IMG/VR virus record: IMGVR_UViG_3300015360_000023
Location: 96,001 to 160,000 of that record
DNA: 64,000 nt
Direction: 5' to 3' (one strand)
Origin: a virus
Taxonomy: Duplodnaviria; Caudoviricetes
The notes under the pieces were generated by a model. That model ran no database searches. It saw nothing but the letters and a program-made list of their open reading frames with translations, and was not told where the DNA came from. Positions 27,229-37,350 of this stretch are shown piece after piece. Within the stretch, counting starts at the first letter, position 1. Each line of letters opens with the position of its first letter. The position numbers and the translations under genes are program-made.

Positions 27229-29733
27229 ATGCAGGGATACACTTATTCTCAGGTTTTGGAAGCATCAGTAAAGTACTTTGAAGGCGATGAATTTGCAGCG
27301 AAGGTTTTCGTTGATAAGTATGCTTTACAAGACTCGAAAGGTGTATTCCTCGAATTAACTCCAACTGACATGCATCGTCGTTTGGCTAAGGAGTTTGCTC
27401 GCATTGAAGCAAAGTATCCTAATCCATTAGATGAGGAAACGATCTTTTCTTTGATCGATCGTTTCCAATTTATTGTTCCTCAAGGCAGCCCTATGTCTGC
27501 TATTGGCAATAAGTATCAAATGCAAAGTCTCTCCAATTGCTTTGTCATTCAAGGCGTGCATTCTGATAAGCTAGATTCCTATGGTGGAATCATGTTAGCC
27601 GATCAAGAGTTAGCCCAAATCATGAAGCGTCGTGGTGGCTGTGGCCTCGATATTTCCGGAATCCGACCTAAAGATGTACTTACAAATAATGCCGCCAGAA
27701 CTACTGACGGCATTGCTGTTTTCATGGAACGATTTAGTAATACCTGTCGTGAAGTAGCTCAGAATGGCCGCAGAGGTGCTGAGATGCAAACACTTGATGC
27801 TAATCATCCAGAGGTAGAAACCTTCATTAATATCAAACGTGACCTAAAGAAAGTTACTGGTGCCAATATCTCTCTTAAACTTAGTGATGAGTTTATGAGG
27901 GCAGTAAAGAAAGGCGAGGATTATGATCTTCGCTGGCCAGTTGATAAGTCTCCCGCCGAGGCCAAAGTTACTAAGAAGGTAAATGCTAAGAAGATTTGGG
28001 ATCAAATCATTGATTCTGCCCACTCTTCGGCTGAACCAGGACTTCTCTTTTGGGATACTGTTCAACGACATACTCCTTCTGATCTTTATGCTGCCTTTGG
28101 TCATAAATCAATTTCTACCAATCCATGCGGAGAGATTGTTCTCCCCGCATATGACGCTTGCCGTCTATTGGTTTTGAATCTCTCTTCTTATGTCAAAGAA
28201 CCATTCACTAAGAAGGCCTCATTTGATTTTAAGAAATTCTCCGAGCATGCCGTGATAGCTCAGAGGCTAATGGACGACATCATTGATTTAGAATTAGAAT
28301 GCATTGATAAAATCATGGCTAAGATTGAGTCTGATCCGGAGCCGCTTGAGGCTAAGCGGGTGGAGATCAATCTATGGACTAAGATCCGTGAAATGAACAT
28401 TAGCGGGCGTAGAACCGGCTTAGGCATTACTGCTTTGGGGGACACCCTAGCTATGCTTGGAATCAAATATGGTTCTAAAGAATCCATTACTAAGACCTAT
28501 AAAATCTATCGTGCGTTGGCTGTTGCTTCGCATACTTCTTCCTGCATCATGGCTAAAGAACGTGGCGCATTTCCTATTTTTGATTATAAGCTAGAGAAGG
28601 ATCACGAATACCTCAATAGTATTTTTGATGATTGTGAGCCTGAAGTAAAGCGGATGTGGAAGAAGCATGGTAGAAGAAACATTGCTAATACTACTACAGC
28701 TCCAGCAGGATCGGTGTCGGCTTTGACTCAAACTACATCTGGTATTGAACCAGTCTTCATGCTTTCTTACATACGTCGTAAGAAGCATAATCCATCTGAT
28801 AAGAGTGCTCGCGTAGACTTCGTTGACGCAATGGGCGATTCATGGCAAGAGTTTACTGTTTACCATCATGGCGTTAAGCGCTGGATGGACGTTACAGGCA
28901 ATTCAGATTTAAAGGACTCTCCTTATTGGGGAGCTACGTCTAGTGAGATCGATTGGGTAGCTTCAGTTGAAATTCAGGCTGTTGCCCAAAAATCTATTGA
29001 TCATAGCATTAGTAAAACTTGTAATTTGCCAGAGGATGCCACTAAAGAAATGGTTTCTCAAGTTTACATGAGGGCCTGGGAATCGGGCTGTAAAGGATTT
29101 ACCGTCTATCGTGACAAGTGCCGTGATGGTGTTTTGATTAGCTCCAGCGAAAAAAAGAAGGTGCCTGAAAATGGCCGCCCAATTGAGATTGGTTCGGTCA
29201 TGGCCCCTAAGCGCCCCATTGAATTACCTTGTGAAATTAAGAAGGCAAAAATCAAAGGTGAAGCTTGGACAATATTTGTTGGCATGTTTAATGATAAGCC
29301 ATACGAAGTATTCGGTGGGTTAGCCAAGTATGTTGAAATACCTAAAAAGTATGAAAAAGGTAGAATTGTTAAGAATGGTAAAGTAGATGGAATTACTACT
29401 TATAACTTAATTATAGGTGAGGGTGATGATGAAATGATGCTAAAAGATATTGCAAATGTTTTTGAGAATGCTAACTTTGGTGCATTTACTAGAACTATTT
29501 CTTTAGCTTTGCGTCATGGCACTCCAATTCAATATGTAGTGGAACAATTACAAAAAGATAAACATTCTGATGTCACTTCTTTCGCACAAGTAGTCTCTAG
29601 AGTATTAAAAAAATACATTAAAGATGGAACTAAATCTCCTTCAGAAAAGTGTAAATCTTGCCAAAGTGAAGGCTCATTAGCATATCAAGAGGGTTGTTTG
29701 CTGTGCAAGAATTGTGGTTGGAGCAAATGTTAA
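27229..29733 (+). CDS. nrdJ: Adenosylcobalamin-dependent (class II) ribonucleotide reductase
   Basis: PQGSP, SNCFV, RRGAEM, ANIS, TNPCGEI, RRTGLG, TTAPAGS, KGFTVYRD, C-terminal CKSC..CKNCGWSKC zinc ribbon. No small (beta) subunit adjacent. Confidence 0.92.
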   Translation: MQGYTYSQVLEASVKYFEGDEFAAKVFVDKYALQDSKGVFLELTPTDMHRRLAKEFARIEAKYPNPLDEETIFSLIDRFQFIVPQGSPMSAIGNKYQMQSLSNCFVIQGVHSDKLDSYGGIMLADQELAQIMKRRGGCGLDISGIRPKDVLTNNAARTTDGIAVFMERFSNTCREVAQNGRRGAEMQTLDANHPEVETFINIKRDLKKVTGANISLKLSDEFMRAVKKGEDYDLRWPVDKSPAEAKVTKKVNAKKIWDQIIDSAHSSAEPGLLFWDTVQRHTPSDLYAAFGHKSISTNPCGEIVLPAYDACRLLVLNLSSYVKEPFTKKASFDFKKFSEHAVIAQRLMDDIIDLELECIDKIMAKIESDPEPLEAKRVEINLWTKIREMNISGRRTGLGITALGDTLAMLGIKYGSKESITKTYKIYRALAVASHTSSCIMAKERGAFPIFDYKLEKDHEYLNSIFDDCEPEVKRMWKKHGRRNIANTTTAPAGSVSALTQTTSGIEPVFMLSYIRRKKHNPSDKSARVDFVDAMGDSWQEFTVYHHGVKRWMDVTGNSDLKDSPYWGATSSEIDWVASVEIQAVAQKSIDHSISKTCNLPEDATKEMVSQVYMRAWESGCKGFTVYRDKCRDGVLISSSEKKKVPENGRPIEIGSVMAPKRPIELPCEIKKAKIKGEAWTIFVGMFNDKPYEVFGGLAKYVEIPKKYEKGRIVKNGKVDGITTYNLIIGEGDDEMMLKDIANVFENANFGAFTRTISLALRHGTPIQYVVEQLQKDKHSDVTSFAQVVSRVLKKYIKDGTKSPSEKCKSCQSEGSLAYQEGCLLCKNCGWSKC

Positions 29734-29761
29734 TTACTAATTAACCAGCATTGAATATGAG

Positions 29762-30136
29762 ATGAAAGGTACAATACTTCTCAATCATAACGAGAACACC
29801 AAAAAAGTAGAAGACGAGGAAAAAACTCGTTATCTACGTGGTCTTCTTGAGCAGATGGGTGTTCCTGTCCAGGAATTCTGGACATCGGACGGCCCTTTAT
29901 CTGTGGATCAAAAAATCAAATTGAGAGGTATCCTCGCTACTTACAACATCCAGGTTATAGACGACTTGGATGGTCACATGCAGGTGTATGTGGAAGGTGA
30001 AAAAGTAGCAGAGTGGTTTAAGTGTACTTACAAGTTGAAAAGAGATCTGCGAGAGATAGATCCAAGAAAACAACTCTACTTGGAGATGGAAGTGAACTGC
30101 TGGTCACTTTTTGAAGAATCGGAACAAGAACAATAA
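29762..30136 (+). CDS. Hypothetical protein
   Basis: 124-aa ORF coupled by TAATG to phoH. Confidence 0.75.
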   Translation: MKGTILLNHNENTKKVEDEEKTRYLRGLLEQMGVPVQEFWTSDGPLSVDQKIKLRGILATYNIQVIDDLDGHMQVYVEGEKVAEWFKCTYKLKRDLREIDPRKQLYLEMEVNCWSLFEESEQEQ

Positions 30137-31470
30137 TGAGAAAAACATACGTTTTAGACACCTCTAGTTTGATTTATGATCCTAGCACGTGGAAGCATTT
30201 CCCAAATAGTGATGTTGTCATCCCTATTGCTGTATTAAATGAATTAGATAAGCTAAAGAAACAGGCAGGCGAAGCTGGTAGAAATGCCAGAGTTTGTATT
30301 AGATTACTAGATGCATTAAGTGATACATTAGATATTACTACGGGTATTACTGTAGAGCAAGATACTCTTGTAAAAATTGATGCAACATATCGTGATATGA
30401 ATGAGCTAGGCTATGCTGGCTTTGGTGATCCAGAATATGGTGACACCCAAATTCTAGCTTGCGCCTTTGCTACTTGGCAAGAACACCCAGAGCATGATGT
30501 TACTTTAGTAAGCAATGACATTAACTTGAGAGTCAAAGCCAAGTCTCGCGGTATTGATGCTGTATCTCACGATAGTACAGATCTATCTCTAAGCGATATG
30601 TATTCAGGAACTCAAGTTGTTGTTGATGAGGCCGCAGGTGAAGACCTGCTACAGTTTAATGAGATTAACCCTCAACTGTTTGGACTTAAACTAAACATGA
30701 ATGAATGCGTTCTATTTGAGAATGAATTCGGAGATGGTATTGCTATGGGCCGTAAGGTTGGCAACAATACCGTTAAACTAATTCGTAAGGTTTATCCATG
30801 GAACATTTCTAGTCGTAATAAGGAGCAAGCATTTGCTATGGATCTTATTATGGATAAGTCGGTTGACCTTGTTACCCTTATTGGTAAAGCTGGTACTGGT
30901 AAAAGCCTAATCGTATTAGCCTCTGCTCTTGAACTGGTAATCAGTAAAAAAGAATATGATAAGTTCATTATCTATCGTCCAATTCAACCAGTTGGTAATG
31001 ATATTGGTTTCCTTCCGGGAACAATGGAAGAGAAGCTAGCACCTTGGTTCCAGGCTATTATGGATAATTTTGAAATGCTTTTTGCATCCAAGATGACTCG
31101 TGGTAACCACAAGGACAGTGCTTATAACTGGAAGAAAGACCTTCAAATGTTAGTTGATAGAGGTCGTATTGAGATGGAAGCAATCACTTATATTCGTGGT
31201 AGAAGTATTCCAAATGCAATCATCCTTGTTGACGAGTGCCAGAACCTTACGAAAGAAGACGTAAAAACTATCCTAACTCGTGCCGGAGAAGGTACTAAAA
31301 TCATTTTAACAGGTGATATAGAGCAAATTGATAATTCATTACTTGACGCCACCGACAACGGATTGACGTATGTAATTGAAAAGTTTAAGGACTCAGAATT
31401 AGCAGGTCATATTACCTTTACCCAAGGTGAGCGTAGTAAACTTGCTTCTTTGGCAGCCGAAATTTTGTAA
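30136..31470 (+). CDS. phoH: PhoH family protein with N-terminal PIN domain
   Basis: YVLDTS, VLNELDKLK, SNDINLRVKA (PIN); GKAGTGKS, RGRSI, IILVDECQN, LTGDIEQID, ERSKLA. Confidence 0.93.
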   Translation: MRKTYVLDTSSLIYDPSTWKHFPNSDVVIPIAVLNELDKLKKQAGEAGRNARVCIRLLDALSDTLDITTGITVEQDTLVKIDATYRDMNELGYAGFGDPEYGDTQILACAFATWQEHPEHDVTLVSNDINLRVKAKSRGIDAVSHDSTDLSLSDMYSGTQVVVDEAAGEDLLQFNEINPQLFGLKLNMNECVLFENEFGDGIAMGRKVGNNTVKLIRKVYPWNISSRNKEQAFAMDLIMDKSVDLVTLIGKAGTGKSLIVLASALELVISKKEYDKFIIYRPIQPVGNDIGFLPGTMEEKLAPWFQAIMDNFEMLFASKMTRGNHKDSAYNWKKDLQMLVDRGRIEMEAITYIRGRSIPNAIILVDECQNLTKEDVKTILTRAGEGTKIILTGDIEQIDNSLLDATDNGLTYVIEKFKDSELAGHITFTQGERSKLASLAAEIL

Positions 31471-31479
31471 GGAGTTTCT

Positions 31480-31782
31480 ATGAGTAAAGAGAAAGTTACC
31501 AAGTCAGCCTCAGATAACGTTGTTGAGGTAGCCCCTCCAGCAGCCGAAAATCCAAGGCTACATGAGGTTGATCGTTTAGCGCTTGAACTAGCTAAATCCA
31601 AAAGACAAACCGCATTAGCAGAAGCTAAGACGGCGCTAGCTAACAATGAAAATGCTGAGCTTGCATATAAGTATGTAGTTCTTCAACTATACATGAAGTA
31701 TGGTTTGAGTGAGCGTGATGCTATTAGCGAAGCAGGTGAAATCCTTAAGGATGGCGCTGTTCAGCAAGCCCCACAAGGGTAA
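31480..31782 (+). CDS. Hypothetical coiled-coil protein
   Basis: AAGGAG RBS, in-operon ORF. Confidence 0.75.
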   Translation: MSKEKVTKSASDNVVEVAPPAAENPRLHEVDRLALELAKSKRQTALAEAKTALANNENAELAYKYVVLQLYMKYGLSERDAISEAGEILKDGAVQQAPQG

Positions 31783-31784
31783 GT

Positions 31785-32099
31785 ATGTCTGAGCCTAAAC
31801 AATACGTTTCTAAAGCAGATGGTGAAGCAGAAGTAGAGAAGGTATTTGAAGTATCTGATCGTCAAGAATTAGCTGACCTAATCTCCATTAGACAATACGT
31901 AGTTAATGCGGCGGCTAATCCTGCTATTGATAGAGCTACAGTGAACTACCTTAATGGTTCACTTATTATGCTTGATAGAAAGATTCTTGGTCTTCTACAA
32001 GATGTACCATTTAAGAAGTATATCAATTATGGTGATGTAGCTAAAGCTATTCAGGAAGTTCGCAACATTACAAATATAAAATCTGGTTTAAAAAAGTAA
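31785..32099 (+). CDS. Hypothetical protein
   Basis: In-operon ORF. Confidence 0.75.
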   Translation: MSEPKQYVSKADGEAEVEKVFEVSDRQELADLISIRQYVVNAAANPAIDRATVNYLNGSLIMLDRKILGLLQDVPFKKYINYGDVAKAIQEVRNITNIKSGLKK

Positions 32100-32117
32100 T
32101 TCTCTTAGGTAAGTTAA

Positions 32118-32918
32118 ATGAGAACAAGCACCTCGAACGCATTCAGCAATAACACACTAGTCAAACTTAAAAATCAAGATTGGCTAGATAAACAGAGAAT
32201 TGCGGGAAAGATTGCTGCAAGAGCCTTAAACACCCTTCAAAGGGCTGTTGAAGGAAAAACGTTTCATTCGACGAACACATTAAGTCAGGTTGCCGAGAAA
32301 CTGATTCTAGAGGCCGGTGGGACTCCTACCTTTAAAGGTTACAAGGGATTTCCAGCGGCCGTTTGTATTTCTGTCAACAAACAACTAGTTCACGGCATAC
32401 CTGACGATACTGTGTTGGATGAGGGTGATGTTATTAGTTTCGATCTTGGTGTAACCTATGAAGGTGCCATTGCTGATACTGCCATTACCTGCATCTTTGG
32501 AACTCCTAAGTCTGATAAGCATGTTGAGCTTGTTAAGGCTACGGAACAATCCCTATTAAAAGGCATCGAAGCTATTGCGGTCGGCAAGAGACTTGGATGT
32601 ATTGGAAACGCTATTTACAAATACGCCAGGGCCTCGGGCTTCGGCTGTATTACCAATTACGGCGGACATGGTCTCGATTGGGATACCCCTCATGCACCAC
32701 CTTTCGTCTCTAACAGAGCAGAGCTTGACGAAGGCATTAGAATTCAGCCGGGTTTAGCAATTGCTATTGAACCAATGCTTGTCATTGGTGGTACTACTAC
32801 CCGCGTATTAAACGATGGTTGGACCGTAGTGACCGATGATATCGGCGCCCACTTTGAACACTCTATTTTCGTACACGAAGATCATGTTGAGATCATTACT
32901 GACAGGAGTAACGCCTGA
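32118..32918 (+). CDS. map: Methionine aminopeptidase, type I
   Basis: CISVNKQLVHGIP, metal ligands in SFDLG, IADTA, GHG, AIEP and AHFEHSI. Confidence 0.93.
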   Translation: MRTSTSNAFSNNTLVKLKNQDWLDKQRIAGKIAARALNTLQRAVEGKTFHSTNTLSQVAEKLILEAGGTPTFKGYKGFPAAVCISVNKQLVHGIPDDTVLDEGDVISFDLGVTYEGAIADTAITCIFGTPKSDKHVELVKATEQSLLKGIEAIAVGKRLGCIGNAIYKYARASGFGCITNYGGHGLDWDTPHAPPFVSNRAELDEGIRIQPGLAIAIEPMLVIGGTTTRVLNDGWTVVTDDIGAHFEHSIFVHEDHVEIITDRSNA

Positions 32919-32968
32919 TGTTTATTTCTCTTGTTGAAACTGAAAATAGCTAGTTTAAAGGTGTTCAA

Positions 32969-33142
32969 GTGAAGATAGAATTTGAAGATAAAAGTTACAT
33001 TGAGGTCACGAAGTCCGACAACCCAGGAAAGGTTATCGTTGTTATTTCTGCCAAAGACCATGAGAATCCTTTGAAGAGAATTGTTAATGCGGTTGAAGTA
33101 ACCGTGGAACAGTTTAAGAAGCTGGTGTCCGAAGTATCATGA
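32969..33142 (+). CDS. Small hypothetical protein (57 aa, MKIEFEDKSYIEV...), GTG start, not in the ORF track
   Basis: AAGGTG RBS; ATGA overlap with 33139. Confidence 0.65.
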   Translation: MKIEFEDKSYIEVTKSDNPGKVIVVISAKDHENPLKRIVNAVEVTVEQFKKLVSEVS

Positions 33143-33444
33143 AGCATTCTCAGCGTATTCAGAATATGCTTGCGCCCTTTAGCTACGATGACATTAGTAA
33201 ATTTTTACGCATATTTGAAATTTTTTATCAGGTAGAACCATACGGATATATCCCAACAAACTCTCACATGGGCTTCCGTCATAATGGGAAAAGCTACGAA
33301 TATAGAGATGAAGATACTTTTCATTTTTATACCCCAAAAGCTAGTCCATATGGTCCTTATTGCATAATAATAACCTTTAAAAATAATGAAGATCAAGTTG
33401 TTAATAAATTTGAGAGATTCATTAAAATGAAAGCATTCCTATGA
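33139..33444 (+). CDS. Hypothetical protein
   Basis: ATGA overlaps on both sides. Confidence 0.65.
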   Translation: MKHSQRIQNMLAPFSYDDISKFLRIFEIFYQVEPYGYIPTNSHMGFRHNGKSYEYRDEDTFHFYTPKASPYGPYCIIITFKNNEDQVVNKFERFIKMKAFL

Positions 33445-33986
33445 AAGTATATTTCGTTGGCTCCCATTCAACTGGCAAGACTACCTGCGCCCGATACGTA
33501 TCTGAAAAATACAAACTACCTATGATCACGGAAGTGGCCCGTGCAGTTCTTTCTGAAAAAGAACTGCATCTAGATACACTTCGATATGATATGGGGCTTG
33601 TAGATGCTTATCAAGGAGCTATCTTTCATAGACAGCTTGAAGAAGAATCAAAACATGATAAGTATGTCTCAGATAGAAGTTTTGACTGTCTAGCTTATGC
33701 GGCCCAACATTCCAGGATTCTTCATGGTCTATTACAGACGCCTGAGCTGGCTGATTATTTACCCCAGCTAAGGGCCCCAGATTCATTTATATTCTTCGTT
33801 CGCCCGTCCAAGGCCACCCTGAAGGCTGACGGTGTTCGCGAGTCTATAAATTGGGATGGCGTGGTTGCCATCGATTCCATGGTCAAGTTCATGTTAGAAA
33901 TGTGGGAGCTTCGCTATTTTCAGATAAATGTTGAGAATATGCAAGAGCGCGTCAAAATGATTGACGCAGTTTTGTCTCTAGCTTAG
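33441..33986 (+). CDS. P-loop NTPase, AAA_28/NadR-kinase-like (possible nucleotide kinase)
   Basis: GSHSTGKTT, ITEVAR, VSDRS. Confidence 0.75.
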   Translation: MKVYFVGSHSTGKTTCARYVSEKYKLPMITEVARAVLSEKELHLDTLRYDMGLVDAYQGAIFHRQLEEESKHDKYVSDRSFDCLAYAAQHSRILHGLLQTPELADYLPQLRAPDSFIFFVRPSKATLKADGVRESINWDGVVAIDSMVKFMLEMWELRYFQINVENMQERVKMIDAVLSLA

Positions 33987-34099
33987 GTAACTATAGGTGA
34001 ATAGTCAGCTCTAATTCTCAGATGTAATTGGATTCATAAAAACCTATAATTATACTAAAAATTTGGTATTCCTTTGAGCTTTCAGTTCAATGAGGATAC

Positions 34100-36559
34100 A
34101 TGGCATCTATTTTAACACCTGGATATTTACGATGGGATGGGACGAAATACGTCCTTGACGGCTATGTAGAAATTGTTGGCCCAGAAGGCGATGCGGGTCC
34201 TACAGGCCCAACAGGGCTTCAAGGCGTTCCCGGAAGCGGCACTGGAGCCTCAGCTACTGGAGATATCTCTGGAATCTATCCGGGTGCGATGTCTGTTGTT
34301 GGTCTAACTGGTGTTTCTGGTGTTGTTTCTTTCGGAACTGGCGTTACTAATCCAACTATTACTCAAACAACTACGGCCGGAGTTTCTGGTCAACCTATGA
34401 CCCTTAAAGGTCAAAATGCTGTAACTACTGGTGGAGATGTTTTTATTCAAAGCGGCACTGGCACTACTGCCGGCGTTGTTAGATTTTTGATTGGTAATAC
34501 TTTAGCTGGTTATTTTGATAGCAATAAAGTATTTAGAGCTGGACTTAGTGCAGATACTAATATTTCTGTTTTAGGCGGCACGCTAAATGAGCCAGGTAAT
34601 GGTTTATATTCTTATAATGCTTCAGGATTCAATACTGTTATTAGCGCCTCTGGCGCTGTCGCTGCCGAAGCCCAAGTTTTAGTCCTAAATAGTTCTGCCG
34701 GCGCTTCTCTAACAACAGGTCTTAGATTAATTGGTGCGGGCGCTACTAACGGTAATACTGATTGGGTTAGTAATGGAGTAATTGAACAAGTTGGTGGTGC
34801 AACTTCTGCACTTGTTCTTTCTAGTTTATTAGGAAATGGAACTAGTCGTTCAACATCTGCTAAATTTTATCGTTCTGGAGCTGTAGGTATTGGTAGTTCT
34901 GCGACTAACAATACATCTGCCTTAGCTCAGGCCGGATTAACGGGCCCAGTTATCAATCTTGCGGCTGCTACAGGTACATTTACCAGCGCAGCCAATCAAG
35001 CTCTTAACTTCAATATCGCGGGCGCTCACCATATTCAAGGTCATACCGATGTTAGATTTGATATAGGCGCCGCCTTAGCCGGATACTTTGATGTTAATAG
35101 GGCCTTTAGAACTGGCGTAAGTTCCGCCACAAGTACAACTATTTTGAACGTAAGCGTTCCAACTGCAAGCGATACAGCTTATTCATATAATGCTTCCGGC
35201 GACAGTCAATGGAGAATGCTTTCAGGTTCCACCTCTGGAGTTGGTTCTGTTGAAGCCTGGAATTCTAGTGCAGGCGGCGGCACAAGCGTAGGTATGACTT
35301 TCAAAGCTGCTGGCGCTTCTCACAGCGTTGCTGATTGGCAGAGCAACGGAATTATTGAGCAGATTGGCTCAGCTACTTCCTCGTTGGTATTTTCTAAACA
35401 AGATGGTGCTGGCCTTAATCGTGCAACAACTGGAAGAATATTTGCATCAGGCGCATGGGGCATTGGAAGCACGGCCACTAACAACACCTCAACTACGGCT
35501 CAGGCCGGATTAACAGGACCAGTTCTTAATATTGGTGCCGCAACAGGTTCATTTACCACCGCAGCTAACCAAGCTCTTAATTTCAATATTGCTGGTTCTC
35601 ACCATATTCAAGGTCATACCGATGTTAGATTCGACGTTGGTTCTGCTTTAGCAGGATATTTTGATTCAAATAGAACTCTTAGAATTGGGCCAGATGCTTC
35701 CATAGCAGCTAGCGTTTATGGTGCAACTGCACCTACCGCTAATAATGATACCATTTATTCTTATAGCGCTAGTACCTCTAATCCGAACTCATTAAGAATT
35801 ATTTCCAATGCTACTACTAGCAGAGCCATTATTGAAGCAATTAATACTTCTGCTGGCGCTTCTTCAACTATTGCAATTAGAATTCAAGCTGGAGGTTCTT
35901 CCGATGGTATTACCTCATATGCTGGCAATGGAGCCATCGAGCAAGTTGGCTCTGCCATTTCATCTCTTGTATTTGGTAGGGCGGCAGGAGATTTAAGTAG
36001 CAGATCAATTACTGGAAGAATTTATCAATCGGGAGCCTGGGGTATTGGTGATGCTGCTAATAATAATACTTCTGCTCTCGCTCAAGCAGGACTTACTGGC
36101 ACATTATTGAATCTATCGCAGACTACTGGCGGCGCCATCACAACAGCGACCAATCAAGCTACCATGTTTAACGTAGCTGGCCAGCTTACATTACAAGGTA
36201 ATACCGGGGTAACATTATTAAGTGGAACAACCAATATAGCATCTACTACAACAACAAAACTTGTTACTACTGGTAGAAGATTAAAAGTAACTACTACAAC
36301 TATTGCATATCAAGTTCTTGTTACAGATCATATTGTTTCCGTAGGTACAACTGCTGGAGCGATTAACATAACCCTTCCATTGTCGCCCACAACCGGAGAC
36401 ACTTATACCGTTAAGGATGCAAACGGTTCAGCTACCGCTAATAACATTACGATATTAGGTAATGGTAACAATATTGATGCAACCACAAACTCTGTAATTA
36501 GCACAAACTACGGTACAGTTACTGTAGTTTATAATGGTTCTAAGTGGATTACAGTTTAA
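34100..36559 (+). CDS. Tail-fibre-like virion protein with collagen-like segment and three internal repeats
   Basis: GPEGDAGPTGPTGLQGVPG; three repeats carrying AGYFD and NNTSxxAQAGLTG; C-terminal ITLP...VKD...NITI...NYG...YNGSKW domain. Confidence 0.75.
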   Translation: MASILTPGYLRWDGTKYVLDGYVEIVGPEGDAGPTGPTGLQGVPGSGTGASATGDISGIYPGAMSVVGLTGVSGVVSFGTGVTNPTITQTTTAGVSGQPMTLKGQNAVTTGGDVFIQSGTGTTAGVVRFLIGNTLAGYFDSNKVFRAGLSADTNISVLGGTLNEPGNGLYSYNASGFNTVISASGAVAAEAQVLVLNSSAGASLTTGLRLIGAGATNGNTDWVSNGVIEQVGGATSALVLSSLLGNGTSRSTSAKFYRSGAVGIGSSATNNTSALAQAGLTGPVINLAAATGTFTSAANQALNFNIAGAHHIQGHTDVRFDIGAALAGYFDVNRAFRTGVSSATSTTILNVSVPTASDTAYSYNASGDSQWRMLSGSTSGVGSVEAWNSSAGGGTSVGMTFKAAGASHSVADWQSNGIIEQIGSATSSLVFSKQDGAGLNRATTGRIFASGAWGIGSTATNNTSTTAQAGLTGPVLNIGAATGSFTTAANQALNFNIAGSHHIQGHTDVRFDVGSALAGYFDSNRTLRIGPDASIAASVYGATAPTANNDTIYSYSASTSNPNSLRIISNATTSRAIIEAINTSAGASSTIAIRIQAGGSSDGITSYAGNGAIEQVGSAISSLVFGRAAGDLSSRSITGRIYQSGAWGIGDAANNNTSALAQAGLTGTLLNLSQTTGGAITTATNQATMFNVAGQLTLQGNTGVTLLSGTTNIASTTTTKLVTTGRRLKVTTTTIAYQVLVTDHIVSVGTTAGAINITLPLSPTTGDTYTVKDANGSATANNITILGNGNNIDATTNSVISTNYGTVTVVYNGSKWITV
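35025..35631 (+). repeat. Exact 34-nt direct repeat inside the fibre gene
   Basis: CTCACCATATTCAAGGTCATACCGATGTTAGATT at 35025-35058 and 35598-35631, 573 nt (191 codons) apart, within longer imperfect repeats. Confidence 0.9.
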
Positions 36560-36640
36560 CACATACTACTTTTGAGATATAAGCACAATTAGGATGGAAT
36601 CATAAGTCATTTAAAATAGTTAGCCCACTGGGGAGGTCCG

Positions 36641-37294
36641 ATGTCATTTCAAGATTTAGTAACAGCAGCAAAAAAGTACTTCCCGGACTTACAAATTAAA
36701 TACAAAGATCAATCTTGGTTAATGAAATTAATCGGTTTTGTACTATTCTTTAATAAATCTTTTATGACCAGTTTTACCACAACTATAGGGTCAACTGTTT
36801 ATTTTCCAACTGAACCAGTAACCAAAGCTAGACCAGTTTCAGCTTCGGTAGTTTTATTACACGAACTAATTCATGTGTATGATGCTAAGAAGATTAGCAA
36901 GCCTCTCTTTGGGTTTTTATACCTAACTCCTCAGGTCTTCGTGCTTCTCTGCCTTCCTTTATTCTTGGTGAGCTGGAAGATTGCTTTACCGTTAATGCTT
37001 CTATTTGCTTCTCCAATTCCATCATATTTTAGAATGTATTTTGAAAAGAGAGCTTATTTAGTTTCATTATACGCTGTTAATGCTTTAGCTAATAGATTGA
37101 ATTTTAAGCCATTATTAGCTACTCAAGAAGAAGGTTTTATCAAACACTTTCAAGATTCTTCTTATTACTTTATGTGGCCATTTGGCGGTATAAGAAAAGA
37201 TTTTGATGATGGAGTTGCTAAAGTAAAAGAGGGGAAACGACCATTTGAAGATCCTGTCTTTGATATTATTGATGATTTGATCATTACAGTATAA
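36641..37294 (+). CDS. Membrane protein with HEXXH motif (putative Zn metalloprotease)
   Basis: VVLLHELIHVY followed by a hydrophobic hairpin and a downstream FEKRAY glutamate; GGGAGG RBS. Confidence 0.6.
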   Translation: MSFQDLVTAAKKYFPDLQIKYKDQSWLMKLIGFVLFFNKSFMTSFTTTIGSTVYFPTEPVTKARPVSASVVLLHELIHVYDAKKISKPLFGFLYLTPQVFVLLCLPLFLVSWKIALPLMLLFASPIPSYFRMYFEKRAYLVSLYAVNALANRLNFKPLLATQEEGFIKHFQDSSYYFMWPFGGIRKDFDDGVAKVKEGKRPFEDPVFDIIDDLIITV

Positions 37295-37310
37295 ATTATT
37301 GAGGTTACGC

Positions 37311-37320
37311 GATATAATAC
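37311..37320 (+). promoter_or_regulatory. GATATAATAC promoter-like element
   Basis: Identical to 18054-18063; intergenic, 30 nt before ATG 37351. Confidence 0.5.
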
Positions 37321-37350
37321 GGAACAGACTCTTTGTTTCAAGGATATTGC

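Noticed and set aside
23167-29733. Inteins or introns in dnaB and nrdJ
   Set aside because: Lengths (468 and 834 aa) and motif spacing are normal, with no C/S...HN splice junctions or LAGLIDADG blocks.
34900-35700. Near-identical repeats in the fibre gene as a diversity-generating retroelement TR/VR pair
   Set aside because: Differences are mostly synonymous and involve all four bases rather than adenine only. Both copies are in-frame coding repeats, and no reverse transcriptase is in the window.
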